From a virus: DNA of 35,659 bases. The stretch lies in IMG/VR virus record IMGVR_UViG_3300024520_000256; one strand, written 5' to 3'. The translations under genes and the position numbers were made by a program. The notes beneath the pieces were generated by a model. That model was not told where the DNA came from. It ran no database searches and saw only the letters and a program-made list of their open reading frames with translations. Positions 24,235 through 33,002 of this stretch are shown here, piece by piece; position 1 is the stretch's first letter; every line of letters begins with the position of its first letter.

Positions 24235-26307
24235 TTATGCGGGTTCACCGCGAGGTTTGACTAATTTGTCAATCGAAACGGATTTACCCGCCTTGATTAG
24301 TTCCTCTCCTAGTTCCCCTCTAGAATCAATAACTTGTGTTAGAACGTCCTTCTCATCCTGTCTATCTTGTAATTCTAATTTAGTTTCGTTATCCAGTTTC
24401 TTACCAGCCAACATTGCCTGGTTTTTCTCATCTGCTATTTCTCTTTGGATTTCTTGATTTTTTATAAATTCTTTTAACTGTTCGTTCTCTTGTGAGAGAA
24501 TATCAACTTGTCCCTTACTTTGAACGAGTAACTGGTCTTTTTCCGCTTCACTTAAGTTTTCACTCTCTGGGTCTGGGAATATTTCAGGGTTTGTTTGTCT
24601 AAGTTTAGCTTGTGACCTATCAGCCCATTCTTCACTGCCATTAAAATCTTGACCTCTAATAATTAAATCAGCTCCAAGTGCTGCCGCCTCTGGTAAAGCT
24701 TGAGCTGTAGCTTGCATAGCTTCAGCGGCATCTTTACGTTTAGTTGCAAAGTCTGGACCAACATCAATATCAACGTCATATCTTCCAACATTTAAATGAA
24801 ACAAATCCCCTTCATTGTCTTCACCTGGCTCAGCGTTAAAAGTAACCATCTCTTCAACGCCATCATCACCTAAGATTCTAGTGGACCGCTCAACATCCAT
24901 AATTTTTCTAATGATATCAAAAACTACCACATATGTTTGCTTGACTGACATATTGAAATTATCAATGAAATCATACGTTGTTATTTCACCCTGAGCCACC
25001 CTATTATCAATCGCTATTCCTGATATTTCTTGCCCTTGGTCTCCAACAACTCCATCTGACATTCCCATTGTATCTTTAATATCTATCTCAGATGATTGTG
25101 CTGCTGCAATATATCCAATTGGAGCATCTGGAGGGGGTACGATTTGAGGGGCTGGAACTAAAACACCACCAATTGCGATTGGGTCGTATTCTTTTGTTTG
25201 AGTTGGGTTTCTATTCCCATCTTTCCAACCTGGGTCTGATTTAAATTGGCCCTTGGCTCCTATGTATTCTGTTTTATTAGCTTGATTAAGTTTCTCAGCT
25301 TCAGAGCTTCGCCAATAATTGTACATTCTTTGTGAATCTTTGGATTTTCTAATGAGTGAAAGAAGATACAATTTATTATTAATTACCTTCCTTCTACCAA
25401 ATACACCAATAATAGGAAACAATGTTCCCGGTAAATCTTCTTCTTCTAATACTTCAATCGCGTTTAGTTTGGCCCAATGCCAGGTTTTTCTAACTGTTGG
25501 TCTTGTGTTCCCGGTTATAATCGAATCAAAATCAATCCCATCTTTTACCATATCGGATTTAAAAGCAATGATTTCTTCATCTGGGTCTTCTGCTTTGGGG
25601 TCAGTATATTCAATCAGTTCATCATGAATCTTTTTCATGTAGTAATATTCAACAACTCGAATAAAGTCTTTACCCATCCATGATTTTTTGGAATCCCCTA
25701 GATTATTTCCAGAGAAATCATTCATTTCTGCATCTGGAAACTCTTGTTTGAATTCATCTTTGGGCATATCGTGAGTAATAAAACCCCATTCACAATCGCT
25801 AGCCGTTGGGCTTTCATAACTTGGGTCTAATACAACTGAGTTGGGATTGACGATATATTGAATGTCAATGTCTTGGTCAAAAGAATCATCACTTACAAAC
25901 TTTGTTAATACTCTATAGAATCCAAAGGAACTTTCAACAGCATTCTCAAAAGCTTGGGCCGCAACCATATCAAATTTTGAATTCTTTAGGGATTGTTTTA
26001 TAAGTCCTTTGATTTTATCAGCTGTCTTTTTATCTGACTTATCATCTTCCGGAGATATTTTAACACCGGGTTTATTTAATCGTACTTCGTTTGATATTCT
26101 TTTTAGATATTTGAATTGTTTATTAATTTCAAGACAAGGGCGGTTTCTATCTCTTCGCCTTCTGTTTTTCTTCATCTTGTCTGTCCATGAAGAAATATAT
26201 AAGAACTTTTGGTCTGATAATGAGTTTTCTACATTATGAACATTCGCATCTGAGCCAGCCTTATACCTGTCAACAGCCTCCTGAATAAAGCTATCTTGTG
26301 CACCCAT
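24235..26307 (-). CDS. Portal protein (P22 gp1-like, with a long C-terminal helical extension)
   Basis: 690 aa directly after TerL. The C-terminal ~120 aa form a continuous charged helix (LSEAEKDQLLVQSKGQVDILSQENEQLKEFIKNQEIQ...), like the P22 portal barrel. Confidence 0.8.
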   Translation of the reverse strand: MGAQDSFIQEAVDRYKAGSDANVHNVENSLSDQKFLYISSWTDKMKKNRRRRDRNRPCLEINKQFKYLKRISNEVRLNKPGVKISPEDDKSDKKTADKIKGLIKQSLKNSKFDMVAAQAFENAVESSFGFYRVLTKFVSDDSFDQDIDIQYIVNPNSVVLDPSYESPTASDCEWGFITHDMPKDEFKQEFPDAEMNDFSGNNLGDSKKSWMGKDFIRVVEYYYMKKIHDELIEYTDPKAEDPDEEIIAFKSDMVKDGIDFDSIITGNTRPTVRKTWHWAKLNAIEVLEEEDLPGTLFPIIGVFGRRKVINNKLYLLSLIRKSKDSQRMYNYWRSSEAEKLNQANKTEYIGAKGQFKSDPGWKDGNRNPTQTKEYDPIAIGGVLVPAPQIVPPPDAPIGYIAAAQSSEIDIKDTMGMSDGVVGDQGQEISGIAIDNRVAQGEITTYDFIDNFNMSVKQTYVVVFDIIRKIMDVERSTRILGDDGVEEMVTFNAEPGEDNEGDLFHLNVGRYDVDIDVGPDFATKRKDAAEAMQATAQALPEAAALGADLIIRGQDFNGSEEWADRSQAKLRQTNPEIFPDPESENLSEAEKDQLLVQSKGQVDILSQENEQLKEFIKNQEIQREIADEKNQAMLAGKKLDNETKLELQDRQDEKDVLTQVIDSRGELGEELIKAGKSVSIDKLVKPRGEPA

Positions 26308-26389
26308 TACATTGTCCTTTTGAGGTCAGAGATACTCATATGTACATAAAATAGATTAATTATTTCCTGTTTGGCAATTTTATTATTCA

Positions 26390-27808
26390 TTAATTACCCA
26401 TCCAGCCATCATCAGAGGCGTAGTAGAAGTCTTGATGGGGTGCCTCTTCCTCTTCTCGTTCCTTAATTATGGGTGTTGCATAAGTCATTGCTAGGGCATC
26501 TCCATTATCTGGAGATTTAAGCCCCCGCCTTTTCATATCTTGCTTTTTCTCTAATTGAAGCCTGTTTTTATTATCAAAGCCATATTCAGGAGCGGTTAAA
26601 TCAACCTTCATTTCATCACTGTAAGGTAAGTCTACCCCCGCTTTAAAGGCATCCTTCATTGTGTCCCACATTTCTATACGCTTATTGAAATATTTAATTG
26701 GGTTGTTTGCTTTCCTTCCTCCGTTTATTTCTTGAACTACTTCCGGGGGGATTAACTGCTTAACTCGGTCAACAACTCCACCTCCAACACCGTCTCCATC
26801 TATAAATATGGCCTCTGGTTTGCGCTCTTCATAAAATTCAACAATCTTTCCCGCTGTCACCATCGTGTCAACACCTCGCCAGGTTTGAATTGGTTCAACC
26901 TTTCTACCCTGCCTAACAGCTAAAGCATTTTGGTCATCCCCAAACCTTGCGATATCAACACCGAATATAATTGGAAACTGTTCATAACCTAAAGCCTCAT
27001 ACAAAAAGCAATCCTCTACAACTTCAGAAGATATCAATTGGTTTGAACCTGCCCTTGGGAATTGTCCTTTTATCCTAATTCTGCAGAAATCCGAATCTTC
27101 CCCATAGTCCTCAATCCATTCTTTTATTTGACCCTTATCCGAAATAGAAACGTCTCTCGAATCAACCTGCATTGTTTTCCATCTATGTGCAAGCTTCCCC
27201 CAACATTCTTTAAACCTTCCAGTATTTCTAGTGGGATTCCCAAAGGCAACCCAACGAGCTCCAGCTGTGGTCATTGCACCCTCTGAAGTTTCCCAAATGT
27301 TATCAGAAATGGCGCTTGCCTCATCAAATAAATAAAGTACATGGTCTTCATGAGTTCCCGCAAAGGCTTCAGGATTCTTTTCGCTCCATGGAATAGCAGA
27401 AGCAAACCAAGTATCAGGGGCGCTTTTCATATAAAACTTAGTTGCTATTTTCTCATACCAACTCTTATTGAGGGCCATATTATTTATTTTAGATAGCTCT
27501 CTCCAGGTTTTAGTATCTAATTGGGATTTGGTGTTTGCAGTAACAACGACTTGAGGTTCTGGCCTGGTTGACATAAACCAATGAATAATAACAGCTATTT
27601 CAAATGTTTTACCGATTCCATGCCCAGAAGCAACAGCAATTCTTTTATTATCAACCAAGTTCTCTAGCATTTCTTTTTGCCAGTCTTCTAGGTTTTTTAT
27701 TCCGAGTACATCGTAAGCATAACCAACCGGATTTTGGAAATAGTTTTCCGTTATAAATGCGCCATCATCCAAATTACTTATTCCATTTCTGTTTAATTTG
27801 GTCAGCAA
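26390..27808 (-). CDS. terL: Terminase large subunit
   Basis: Walker A VASGHGIGKT, Walker B HVLYLFDEAS, and nuclease-domain acidic motifs FGVDIARFGDD and IFIDGDGVGGGV. Confidence 0.9.
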   Translation of the reverse strand: MLTKLNRNGISNLDDGAFITENYFQNPVGYAYDVLGIKNLEDWQKEMLENLVDNKRIAVASGHGIGKTFEIAVIIHWFMSTRPEPQVVVTANTKSQLDTKTWRELSKINNMALNKSWYEKIATKFYMKSAPDTWFASAIPWSEKNPEAFAGTHEDHVLYLFDEASAISDNIWETSEGAMTTAGARWVAFGNPTRNTGRFKECWGKLAHRWKTMQVDSRDVSISDKGQIKEWIEDYGEDSDFCRIRIKGQFPRAGSNQLISSEVVEDCFLYEALGYEQFPIIFGVDIARFGDDQNALAVRQGRKVEPIQTWRGVDTMVTAGKIVEFYEERKPEAIFIDGDGVGGGVVDRVKQLIPPEVVQEINGGRKANNPIKYFNKRIEMWDTMKDAFKAGVDLPYSDEMKVDLTAPEYGFDNKNRLQLEKKQDMKRRGLKSPDNGDALAMTYATPIIKEREEEEAPHQDFYYASDDGWMGN

Positions 27809-28244
27809 TTGATATTTCTCCAGAGTGTTTAACTTCTTGTGGAGTGTATTTAGCTGTCATTTTATTGCAAATGTCTAAGTATTTGGCTCTAGCCTGATGG
27901 TCTGCATAAATCTCTAAATCAAATTTGGGTTCACCTTCTTTTGCATTTGGATTCTTTTTCCACTTTTCAAAGGTTGCTTCTAGCCCTTCAACCAATACCA
28001 TTAATATTTTGTCTTCAGGCATTCCGAGCCTAGCTAGTTTCTGAATAGTATTTTCTTCTATCTGTTCTTCAACCTTTTTAGCAAGACTTCCCTTAACCCA
28101 ACCTTCTTTACTTATTTTAGTTTTTATTGAAGGTACTGATATCGTATGCTTTTTGGATAAGTCTTCAACACTCTTAAATTTACCGCTTTCATAGTCTACC
28201 CTAGCTCTTTTCCAAGCTGCTTTACTATAAGCCATTAAACCCAC
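27774..28244 (-). CDS. terS: Terminase small subunit (putative)
   Basis: 156 aa immediately upstream of and overlapping terL. N-terminal HTH-like SVEDLSKKHTISVPSIKTKISKEGW. Confidence 0.55.
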   Translation of the reverse strand: MGLMAYSKAAWKRARVDYESGKFKSVEDLSKKHTISVPSIKTKISKEGWVKGSLAKKVEEQIEENTIQKLARLGMPEDKILMVLVEGLEATFEKWKKNPNAKEGEPKFDLEIYADHQARAKYLDICNKMTAKYTPQEVKHSGEISIADQIKQKWNK

Positions 28245-28435
28245 TCCATTCCGTTATAGGTTTTAATTTCATATTCATCTCTCCATAAGTCGCCTATGAT
28301 TGGTTTCTCTGGTTTAGGTAGTTCAGCGATAAAACAGGTGTACATTTGAATTATATCTAGAGGTAAGAGGTTTTCAGTTGGATAACCTTTTTCAGTTAAA
28401 AACCTTTTGGCTTCTTTGATGGTTATGGTTTCCAT
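28235..28435 (-). CDS. Hypothetical protein
   Basis: 66-aa ORF, coupled on both sides. Confidence 0.55.
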   Translation of the reverse strand: METITIKEAKRFLTEKGYPTENLLPLDIIQMYTCFIAELPKPEKPIIGDLWRDEYEIKTYNGMEWV

Positions 28436-28629
28436 TATTTAGTAGTCTCTTTGTATACTTCGTCTAAAATGTTTTTATCAATTTCGTCTGCTATTTTATT
28501 AGCGAAGTCTTGAATAAGTGTTGAAGTGCATTTTTTTCTATGTTCTTTAATATCTCTTGTTATTAGTCCTCCACATTTATTGCATGAGTACTTCAGCATT
28601 TCTTCAATGGTCATTTTTGCTTCAATCAT
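28435..28629 (-). CDS. Hypothetical protein (contains C-x-x-C)
   Basis: 64-aa ORF with TAATG junctions. Confidence 0.55.
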   Translation of the reverse strand: MIEAKMTIEEMLKYSCNKCGGLITRDIKEHRKKCTSTLIQDFANKIADEIDKNILDEVYKETTK

Positions 28630-28856
28630 TAGCTTTTAATCCTAGCAATCTTTTCATTTGGTTTAGGTGAGTATCCATAAGGAAAATCAACCGTTCCATT
28701 TGGGTTTATTTCTAGCCAACATTCAATAGTATCATTAATAAATGACACTTCATTTTCTATTGCTTTGTCTAGTTTTTCATTCCAGTTAGTACTGGGCCTT
28801 TTACTTATCTCATTAGCCTTATTCTCAATTGTTGTTGTGTTAGAATCTTTGCTCAT
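28629..28856 (-). CDS. Hypothetical protein; first gene after the internal promoter. No SD, so possibly leaderless.
   Basis: 75-aa ORF. ATG 28856 lies 7 nt after the predicted -10. Confidence 0.5.
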   Translation of the reverse strand: MSKDSNTTTIENKANEISKRPSTNWNEKLDKAIENEVSFINDTIECWLEINPNGTVDFPYGYSPKPNEKIARIKS

Positions 28857-28863
28857 TATATAG

Positions 28864-28892
28864 AATCTATATATTTATTCAATATAAGTCAA
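28864..28892 (-). promoter_or_regulatory. Sigma70-like promoter TTGACT-17-TAGATT
   Basis: On the minus strand, TTGACT is at 28892..28887 and TAGATT at 28869..28864, with an exact 17-nt spacer. Confidence 0.45.
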
Positions 28893-28896
28893 ATTG

Positions 28897-28926
28897 AAAA
28901 AGCCCAGCTCAATTAAGAACCGGGCT
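28897..28926 (-). terminator. Rho-independent terminator candidate
   Basis: Minus-strand RNA AGCCCGG-(12 nt loop)-CUGGGCU followed by UUUUU: a 7-bp stem that includes one G-U pair. Confidence 0.55.
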
Positions 28927-28948
28927 CTGTAGGGGGGAGAGAAAAAGT

Positions 28949-29095
28949 CTATTTAGTTTCTGTGTTTGTTAATTCTTCTGGAGTTTCCCAACATTGGCAG
29001 CTTGTATTAGTTGGGATGGGTGTTAATCCAAACCAGAATTGGTTTTGGGTGTATTTTGTTTTGCATCTTCTACAATAACCTGTACATAATTCCAT
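28949..29095 (-). CDS. Possible Cys-rich small protein (48 aa), not in the ORF track
   Basis: Hand translation MELCTGYCRRCKTKYTQNQFWFGLTPIPTNTSCQCWETPEELTNTETK. It overlaps the 3' end of 29070..29222 out of frame. Confidence 0.3.
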   Translation of the reverse strand: MELCTGYCRRCKTKYTQNQFWFGLTPIPTNTSCQCWETPEELTNTETK

Positions 29096-29222
29096 TTATT
29101 CGCTCTTCTAGTGTTGATTCTTTTTGTTTTTGTTTAACTTCTATTTCTCTTTTTAACTTAATAGCTTTTTCATTCCAATTAAGTAGAGATTCCAAACCAT
29201 CTTCAGGGTATATATCAATCAT
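29070..29222 (-). CDS. Hypothetical protein (50 aa), not in the ORF track
   Basis: Hand translation MIDIYPEDGLESLLNWNEKAIKLKREIEVKQKQKESTLEERINGIMYRLL. ATGA overlap with the upstream gene. Confidence 0.45.
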   Translation of the reverse strand: MIDIYPEDGLESLLNWNEKAIKLKREIEVKQKQKESTLEERINGIMYRLL

Positions 29223-29422
29223 TCTTCTTCTTTGAACCAGTAGTCTACTAGTAGTTTAAGTTTTATCAGGTCATTTTGTGCGATTGACAATACTCGTCCA
29301 CCAACAACAAAAGATATTCCATGCATATCAAAATTAACTGAAGTGCACCAGTCTTTATTAATCCCGTGTGAACATTCCATTTTTTTGAAGAGTAGTTCTT
29401 TAGCTTTGTCTAGGTTAGTCAT
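29219..29422 (-). CDS. Hypothetical protein
   Basis: 67-aa ORF in the packed early string. Confidence 0.55.
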   Translation of the reverse strand: MTNLDKAKELLFKKMECSHGINKDWCTSVNFDMHGISFVVGGRVLSIAQNDLIKLKLLVDYWFKEEE

Positions 29423-29672
29423 CGTATTCCTTTGTTTTAATGTTGTCTAAGAAGTTTTGTAAGGTTTCAAAATCGTTTATGTGGAGGGTTAGGCTTTCCT
29501 CTCCTTTACTAAGAGTGAATTCACCGTTCTCACTTAATGAAGCTCGTAAAGTTTCTCCATCACAGATGGCGTGACAATGAGAGATAAAGCATTTATTTTT
29601 TTCTAACTCTTCTTGAAGTTCTAAGTATTTCTTATGCTTGGTTAGTGCTTTTTCAAGATGTGTTCTAGTCAT
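29415..29672 (-). CDS. Hypothetical protein
   Basis: 85-aa ORF with overlapping junctions. Confidence 0.55.
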   Translation of the reverse strand: MTRTHLEKALTKHKKYLELQEELEKNKCFISHCHAICDGETLRASLSENGEFTLSKGEESLTLHINDFETLQNFLDNIKTKEYDD

Positions 29673-29878
29673 TTCATTTTCCTCTTAAGTTCTTTAAGCC
29701 CTTCTTTAAATGGTTTAAACTTGGGTTCTTTTATGCCTTTAATCTTGATTGTTCCGCCCCTTTTCTTTTTAAACCTGAGTGATATGGGCTCTACTTCACC
29801 TTTTAATTCAGAATAGTTTTCTCTAGCCCAAATTATTGAAGTTGTTTTACCTTCTAATTCACATTTAATCATTCTCAT
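29669..29878 (-). CDS. Hypothetical basic protein
   Basis: 69-aa ORF with an ATGA junction downstream. Confidence 0.55.
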   Translation of the reverse strand: MRMIKCELEGKTTSIIWARENYSELKGEVEPISLRFKKKRGGTIKIKGIKEPKFKPFKEGLKELKRKMK

Positions 29879-30005
29879 ATTCCTTTATAATTGCTTTAGC
29901 TATTTTAGGGAAGTCTTGCTTTCTGATATGAAGTTTACCAGACCAATCAGAATACAACCATTTTGGGCTACTCATTATATCTACTATTCTCTCTTCTGTT
30001 ATCAT
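29865..30005 (-). CDS. Hypothetical protein (46 aa), not in the ORF track
   Basis: Hand translation MITEERIVDIMSSPKWLYSDWSGKLHIRKQDFPKIAKAIIKEYEND. ATGA overlap with the upstream stop. Confidence 0.4.
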   Translation of the reverse strand: MITEERIVDIMSSPKWLYSDWSGKLHIRKQDFPKIAKAIIKEYEND

Positions 30006-30199
30006 GGGGTGATCTCCTTTCTTAATGCCTCTAGTGCTTTGTCGACATCTTGATATAAAACATCTAAAACGAATGTGTAATAAATCTCATTAATAGGGCC
30101 TTTCAATAAAGCTTCTTGAACTTCTATTTTTTCATACATAGTTAAGGAACCCCATAACTCTATAAACTTGAGTATTTTATCTTCTCTAGTTTTACTCAT
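30002..30199 (-). CDS. Hypothetical protein
   Basis: 65-aa ORF, abutting neighbours. Confidence 0.55.
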   Translation of the reverse strand: MSKTREDKILKFIELWGSLTMYEKIEVQEALLKGPINEIYYTFVLDVLYQDVDKALEALRKEITP

Positions 30200-30538
30200 C
30201 TATTCTTTGTCCCCTGTGTCCTTAATATATTCCCACTCTCTTTTAGGTTTTTTCCCTATTATTTTTAAAGCAAAGTTTAAATTTTCAAGTTGTAATTTTC
30301 TAATTTCTATTTTATCGAGAATAATTTTTCTGTATTCATTCCTTTTTTCCACATTGTAAATAGTGCCTTTTATGTGCCAGCTGTGCTTCCAGTCATCCAT
30401 GTCTATCATAGAATTTAAGAATTTTTCTTTAACCCTATCAACATTGTAGTAGTTTGATGAGTGGTGTATTTCTAGCCCATCGCGTTTATTTTTAAATAAA
30501 TAATTTTCGCCATCCATATAAAAATTTAGTGTGCTCAC
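30200..30538 (-). CDS. Hypothetical protein
   Basis: 112-aa ORF with an ATGA-type junction. Confidence 0.6.
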   Translation of the reverse strand: MSTLNFYMDGENYLFKNKRDGLEIHHSSNYYNVDRVKEKFLNSMIDMDDWKHSWHIKGTIYNVEKRNEYRKIILDKIEIRKLQLENLNFALKIIGKKPKREWEYIKDTGDKE

Positions 30539-30834
30539 TGTTCTTTCCTTTCTAATTGTTTAGCCTCTTTGACTATTCTTTTTAAATATTCCTGTATTGT
30601 TTCCGAGTGTACAATATGAGATTTAAGAAATACTCTTCTCCAAGAGCCCTCGTAATCACCCCAAATCCCTGCGCCCTCTTCGTAAATTACAACCTTAGCC
30701 TTGGGCGCTAACTTTTCAAACTCCTCTTTACTTAAATCACAAAACCCCTCACAAACTTTACTCTTCACTCTAATTTTAGCTTGACTAGGCGTTCGGAAAC
30801 AGTAAAATGAATTATTCTCTTGTATGCAGGGCAT
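30535..30834 (-). CDS. Hypothetical protein (99 aa; start moved to ATG 30834)
   Basis: The track start 30906 is GTG and lies inside a structured intergenic region. ATG 30834 follows a GAGAGAGAGG SD. Confidence 0.55.
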   Translation of the reverse strand: MPCIQENNSFYCFRTPSQAKIRVKSKVCEGFCDLSKEEFEKLAPKAKVVIYEEGAGIWGDYEGSWRRVFLKSHIVHSETIQEYLKRIVKEAKQLERKEQ

Positions 30835-30863
30835 TATTATCCTCTCTCTCTTATGTGAAAGTG

Positions 30864-30966
30864 TATAGAGCAGGCAGCAAGCTAAAATCCGTTTTATTAC
30901 TGACACCCATGTTGCCTTCCGGAAGGTGGATTACACATAAGTATGCAAACTCACCACTGCTCTATA
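30864..30966 (-). ncRNA. Candidate structured RNA element in a 150-nt gap
   Basis: A perfect 10-bp closing stem, TATAGAGCAG 30864..30873 with CTGCTCTATA 30957..30966. It encloses the 12-bp palindrome CCTTCCGGAAGG (30915..30926) and a TAAAA/TTTTA hairpin. Confidence 0.3.
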
Positions 30967-30984
30967 TACTATTCCTTTAGTTGT

Positions 30985-31164
30985 TTAATTCAAAGAAGCC
31001 CTTACAAAACAATCTTTTGCTTCTAAAAGCTTTCTTAATCCAGCCGATTTCTCTGCACAATCTGGCAATACGTGGTCCATTTCTTGGGCTAATACGCAAA
31101 TGGGTTTTGAAACCTCCTGAAGTTTTTCAGGTAAATGTTCGTATTTAAAATATTTTATAATCAT
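30985..31164 (-). CDS. Conserved phage hypothetical protein (59 aa), not in the ORF track
   Basis: Hand translation MIIKYFKYEHLPEKLQEVSKPICVLAQEMDHVLPDCAEKSAGLRKLLEAKDCFVRASLN. The LRKLLEAKDCFVRA tail is a pattern I recall from many phages. AAAGGAA SD. Confidence 0.55.
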   Translation of the reverse strand: MIIKYFKYEHLPEKLQEVSKPICVLAQEMDHVLPDCAEKSAGLRKLLEAKDCFVRASLN

Positions 31165-31176
31165 ATTGTTATTCCT

Positions 31177-31374
31177 TTATTGTTTAGCTCTTAATTTTTC
31201 TATTTCACATTGTCTTTCTGTTTTCCCCGATTCTATACATTGTAATTTTATCAGTTTTCTATTCTCTACCCTCTCAAAAGCTCTGCTTATGCTTTGAAGC
31301 ATATTGCTCACACAAAAAGTTAATGCGATTCCGCAAAAAATAGGAATCCAGTATTTCTTTAAAAAAGTTTTCAT
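31177..31374 (-). CDS. Small N-terminally anchored membrane protein
   Basis: YWIPIFCGIALTFCVSNML hydrophobic segment followed by a charged helix. Confidence 0.55.
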   Translation of the reverse strand: MKTFLKKYWIPIFCGIALTFCVSNMLQSISRAFERVENRKLIKLQCIESGKTERQCEIEKLRAKQ

Positions 31375-31829
31375 ATTATTTCCTTAATTAAATGCTTATC
31401 TTCATGAATGTTGCCTATTTGTATTATCCCATCATCACTTGGAAGAGTGTTTAAAGGTCTTCGCTCTGGATATATTTTATTAATCTCTTTCGCATAAAAC
31501 CCCCAAGCACTTGAAATCCCTCCATATTGGTCATCAAAAGAATGCTCTCCAAACTTCACAACCCATGTGCGTCCTATTTCCTTTCCACTACAGCTTTTCC
31601 AAGGGTTTTGAATAAAATCATCCTTAAATATTTTCTTGTCGTTCTTATCCTTACGGTTTGTGTATTGCATTGTTTTTATATCTAAATCTCTGCCTACCTC
31701 TTCGATAAGTTTTGGCATTGCTAGTTTATTTCCTAATGCTTCCCAATCATAAAGGAGTATTGAAAAAGGTTTTATTCCTACATTCTGATACATTTTACCT
31801 TCATACCATGCTCTAAACTCTAATTCCAT
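31371..31829 (-). CDS. YopX-family protein
   Basis: N-terminal MELEFRAWYEGKMY and C-terminal IIQIGNIHEDKHLI match the YopX signatures (FRAW...M, GNI.EN..LL). Confidence 0.65.
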   Translation of the reverse strand: MELEFRAWYEGKMYQNVGIKPFSILLYDWEALGNKLAMPKLIEEVGRDLDIKTMQYTNRKDKNDKKIFKDDFIQNPWKSCSGKEIGRTWVVKFGEHSFDDQYGGISSAWGFYAKEINKIYPERRPLNTLPSDDGIIQIGNIHEDKHLIKEII

Positions 31830-31830
31830 T

Positions 31831-32031
31831 CTATAACTCCTCTAACCAATCTTTCATTTCTTGAATAAGCGCTTCTTTTATTGTTTTTTTTGCTTCCGAA
31901 ATAATTTCTAGGGGTTGCTCATAATCAAAAACATCTCCTAAATCTTTTTTAATTTTAAAAATGGGAGCAACCCCAATAATATCATGAGACATTGATTCTT
32001 TATTGTAAACAATTCTGTAATCAAATTCCAT
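31831..32031 (-). CDS. Hypothetical protein
   Basis: 66-aa ORF, 1-nt gaps to neighbours. Confidence 0.55.
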   Translation of the reverse strand: MEFDYRIVYNKESMSHDIIGVAPIFKIKKDLGDVFDYEQPLEIISEAKKTIKEALIQEMKDWLEEL

Positions 32032-32032
32032 T

Positions 32033-32515
32033 CTAGTCTATCTCCTTTAGTTGTGTGCCGCATTTAGGGCAGAAGTTTGTTTCTTCTTTGATTGTTTTTG
32101 CAACATATTTTCTTGATATGTCTAAAGCGTAATTAGAAATAGTATTCGTATGTTTACACTTAGCTCTTAGCTCCATGAGTTTCTTAGCTTTTATGTCTTT
32201 AATTTCTTGTTTAGTTTTAAATCTTAATTGAATTCCATCTCTAATTTCTGGGTCTTCAGATAATTCCAATTGCTTCTTTTCTTCTTTCCAAGCTTTGCTT
32301 TTCCAAAAATCAAGTACTTCTAATTGTTCTTCGTTAAGGGTTTTTTCTATTGCGTCAAATTCTTGACATTCTCCAGCTGATAAAAAAGGAGGGCCTTCTT
32401 CTCCTTTTTCTTCTCTCTCTAATACTCTTTGAAGTAAATCCTTACCTTTTTCTGTTAAACCCCATGAATCGACTCCATCGTTATTCCATATTACACCTTT
32501 AAAATATTCACTCAT
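32033..32515 (-). CDS. Hypothetical protein with a C-terminal zinc-ribbon-like CKH...CPKCG
   Basis: 160-aa ORF with an AAGGGAGAG SD. Confidence 0.55.
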   Translation of the reverse strand: MSEYFKGVIWNNDGVDSWGLTEKGKDLLQRVLEREEKGEEGPPFLSAGECQEFDAIEKTLNEEQLEVLDFWKSKAWKEEKKQLELSEDPEIRDGIQLRFKTKQEIKDIKAKKLMELRAKCKHTNTISNYALDISRKYVAKTIKEETNFCPKCGTQLKEID

Positions 32516-32533
32516 TTCTCTCTCCCTTAAATA

Positions 32534-32609
32534 CAGTGTAGGGGGTTTCCCCCCCGATACTTACAACAGATTCACCTAGTTAAAAGTAAGCACCCCACTC
32601 TGGACACTG
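32534..32609 (-). ncRNA. Candidate structured 5' leader (three-way junction, about 76 nt)
   Basis: Outer stem CAGTGT 32534..32539 / ACACTG 32604..32609. Inner hairpins are G5-TTT-C7 at 32541..32555 and CTTAC 32560..32564 / GTAAG 32586..32590. Confidence 0.3.
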
Positions 32610-32617
32610 ATTTTTAT

Positions 32618-32995
32618 TTATTTGTTGTAATAATCGAAACAAACACTTTCAACTTCGTAAAATTGAACAAAGTTATTGGCTGTAACAACTGCAATTCTCA
32701 TATCTTCTGCAATTAGATTATCACCTTTTTCACTTGGTTTAAATGAGGGTGGAAAAACTTTCAATACAACAGCTGGCGAGCCAATAGCGGGACATCTATA
32801 TCTTGTTTTACCTCCAACGTTTTTCTGTGTTATCACATCCCCTTCTTTAAATAAAGGTTCTTTCAAGCCACCGATTAAATCAGAAATCATTTCTAATTGT
32901 TCCTCTTTGCTCATGCTTACTGGCTCATCCTTCCCGCTGCGCGACCCTCTTTCTTCCATGTCTCGTTCCATTCCTTCAAGTAATTCTTTAAACAT
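32618..32995 (-). CDS. Hypothetical protein, first gene after element E
   Basis: 125-aa ORF with an AAGGAG SD. Confidence 0.6.
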   Translation of the reverse strand: MFKELLEGMERDMEERGSRSGKDEPVSMSKEEQLEMISDLIGGLKEPLFKEGDVITQKNVGGKTRYRCPAIGSPAVVLKVFPPSFKPSEKGDNLIAEDMRIAVVTANNFVQFYEVESVCFDYYNK

Positions 32996-33002
32996 CTTAA
33001 CT

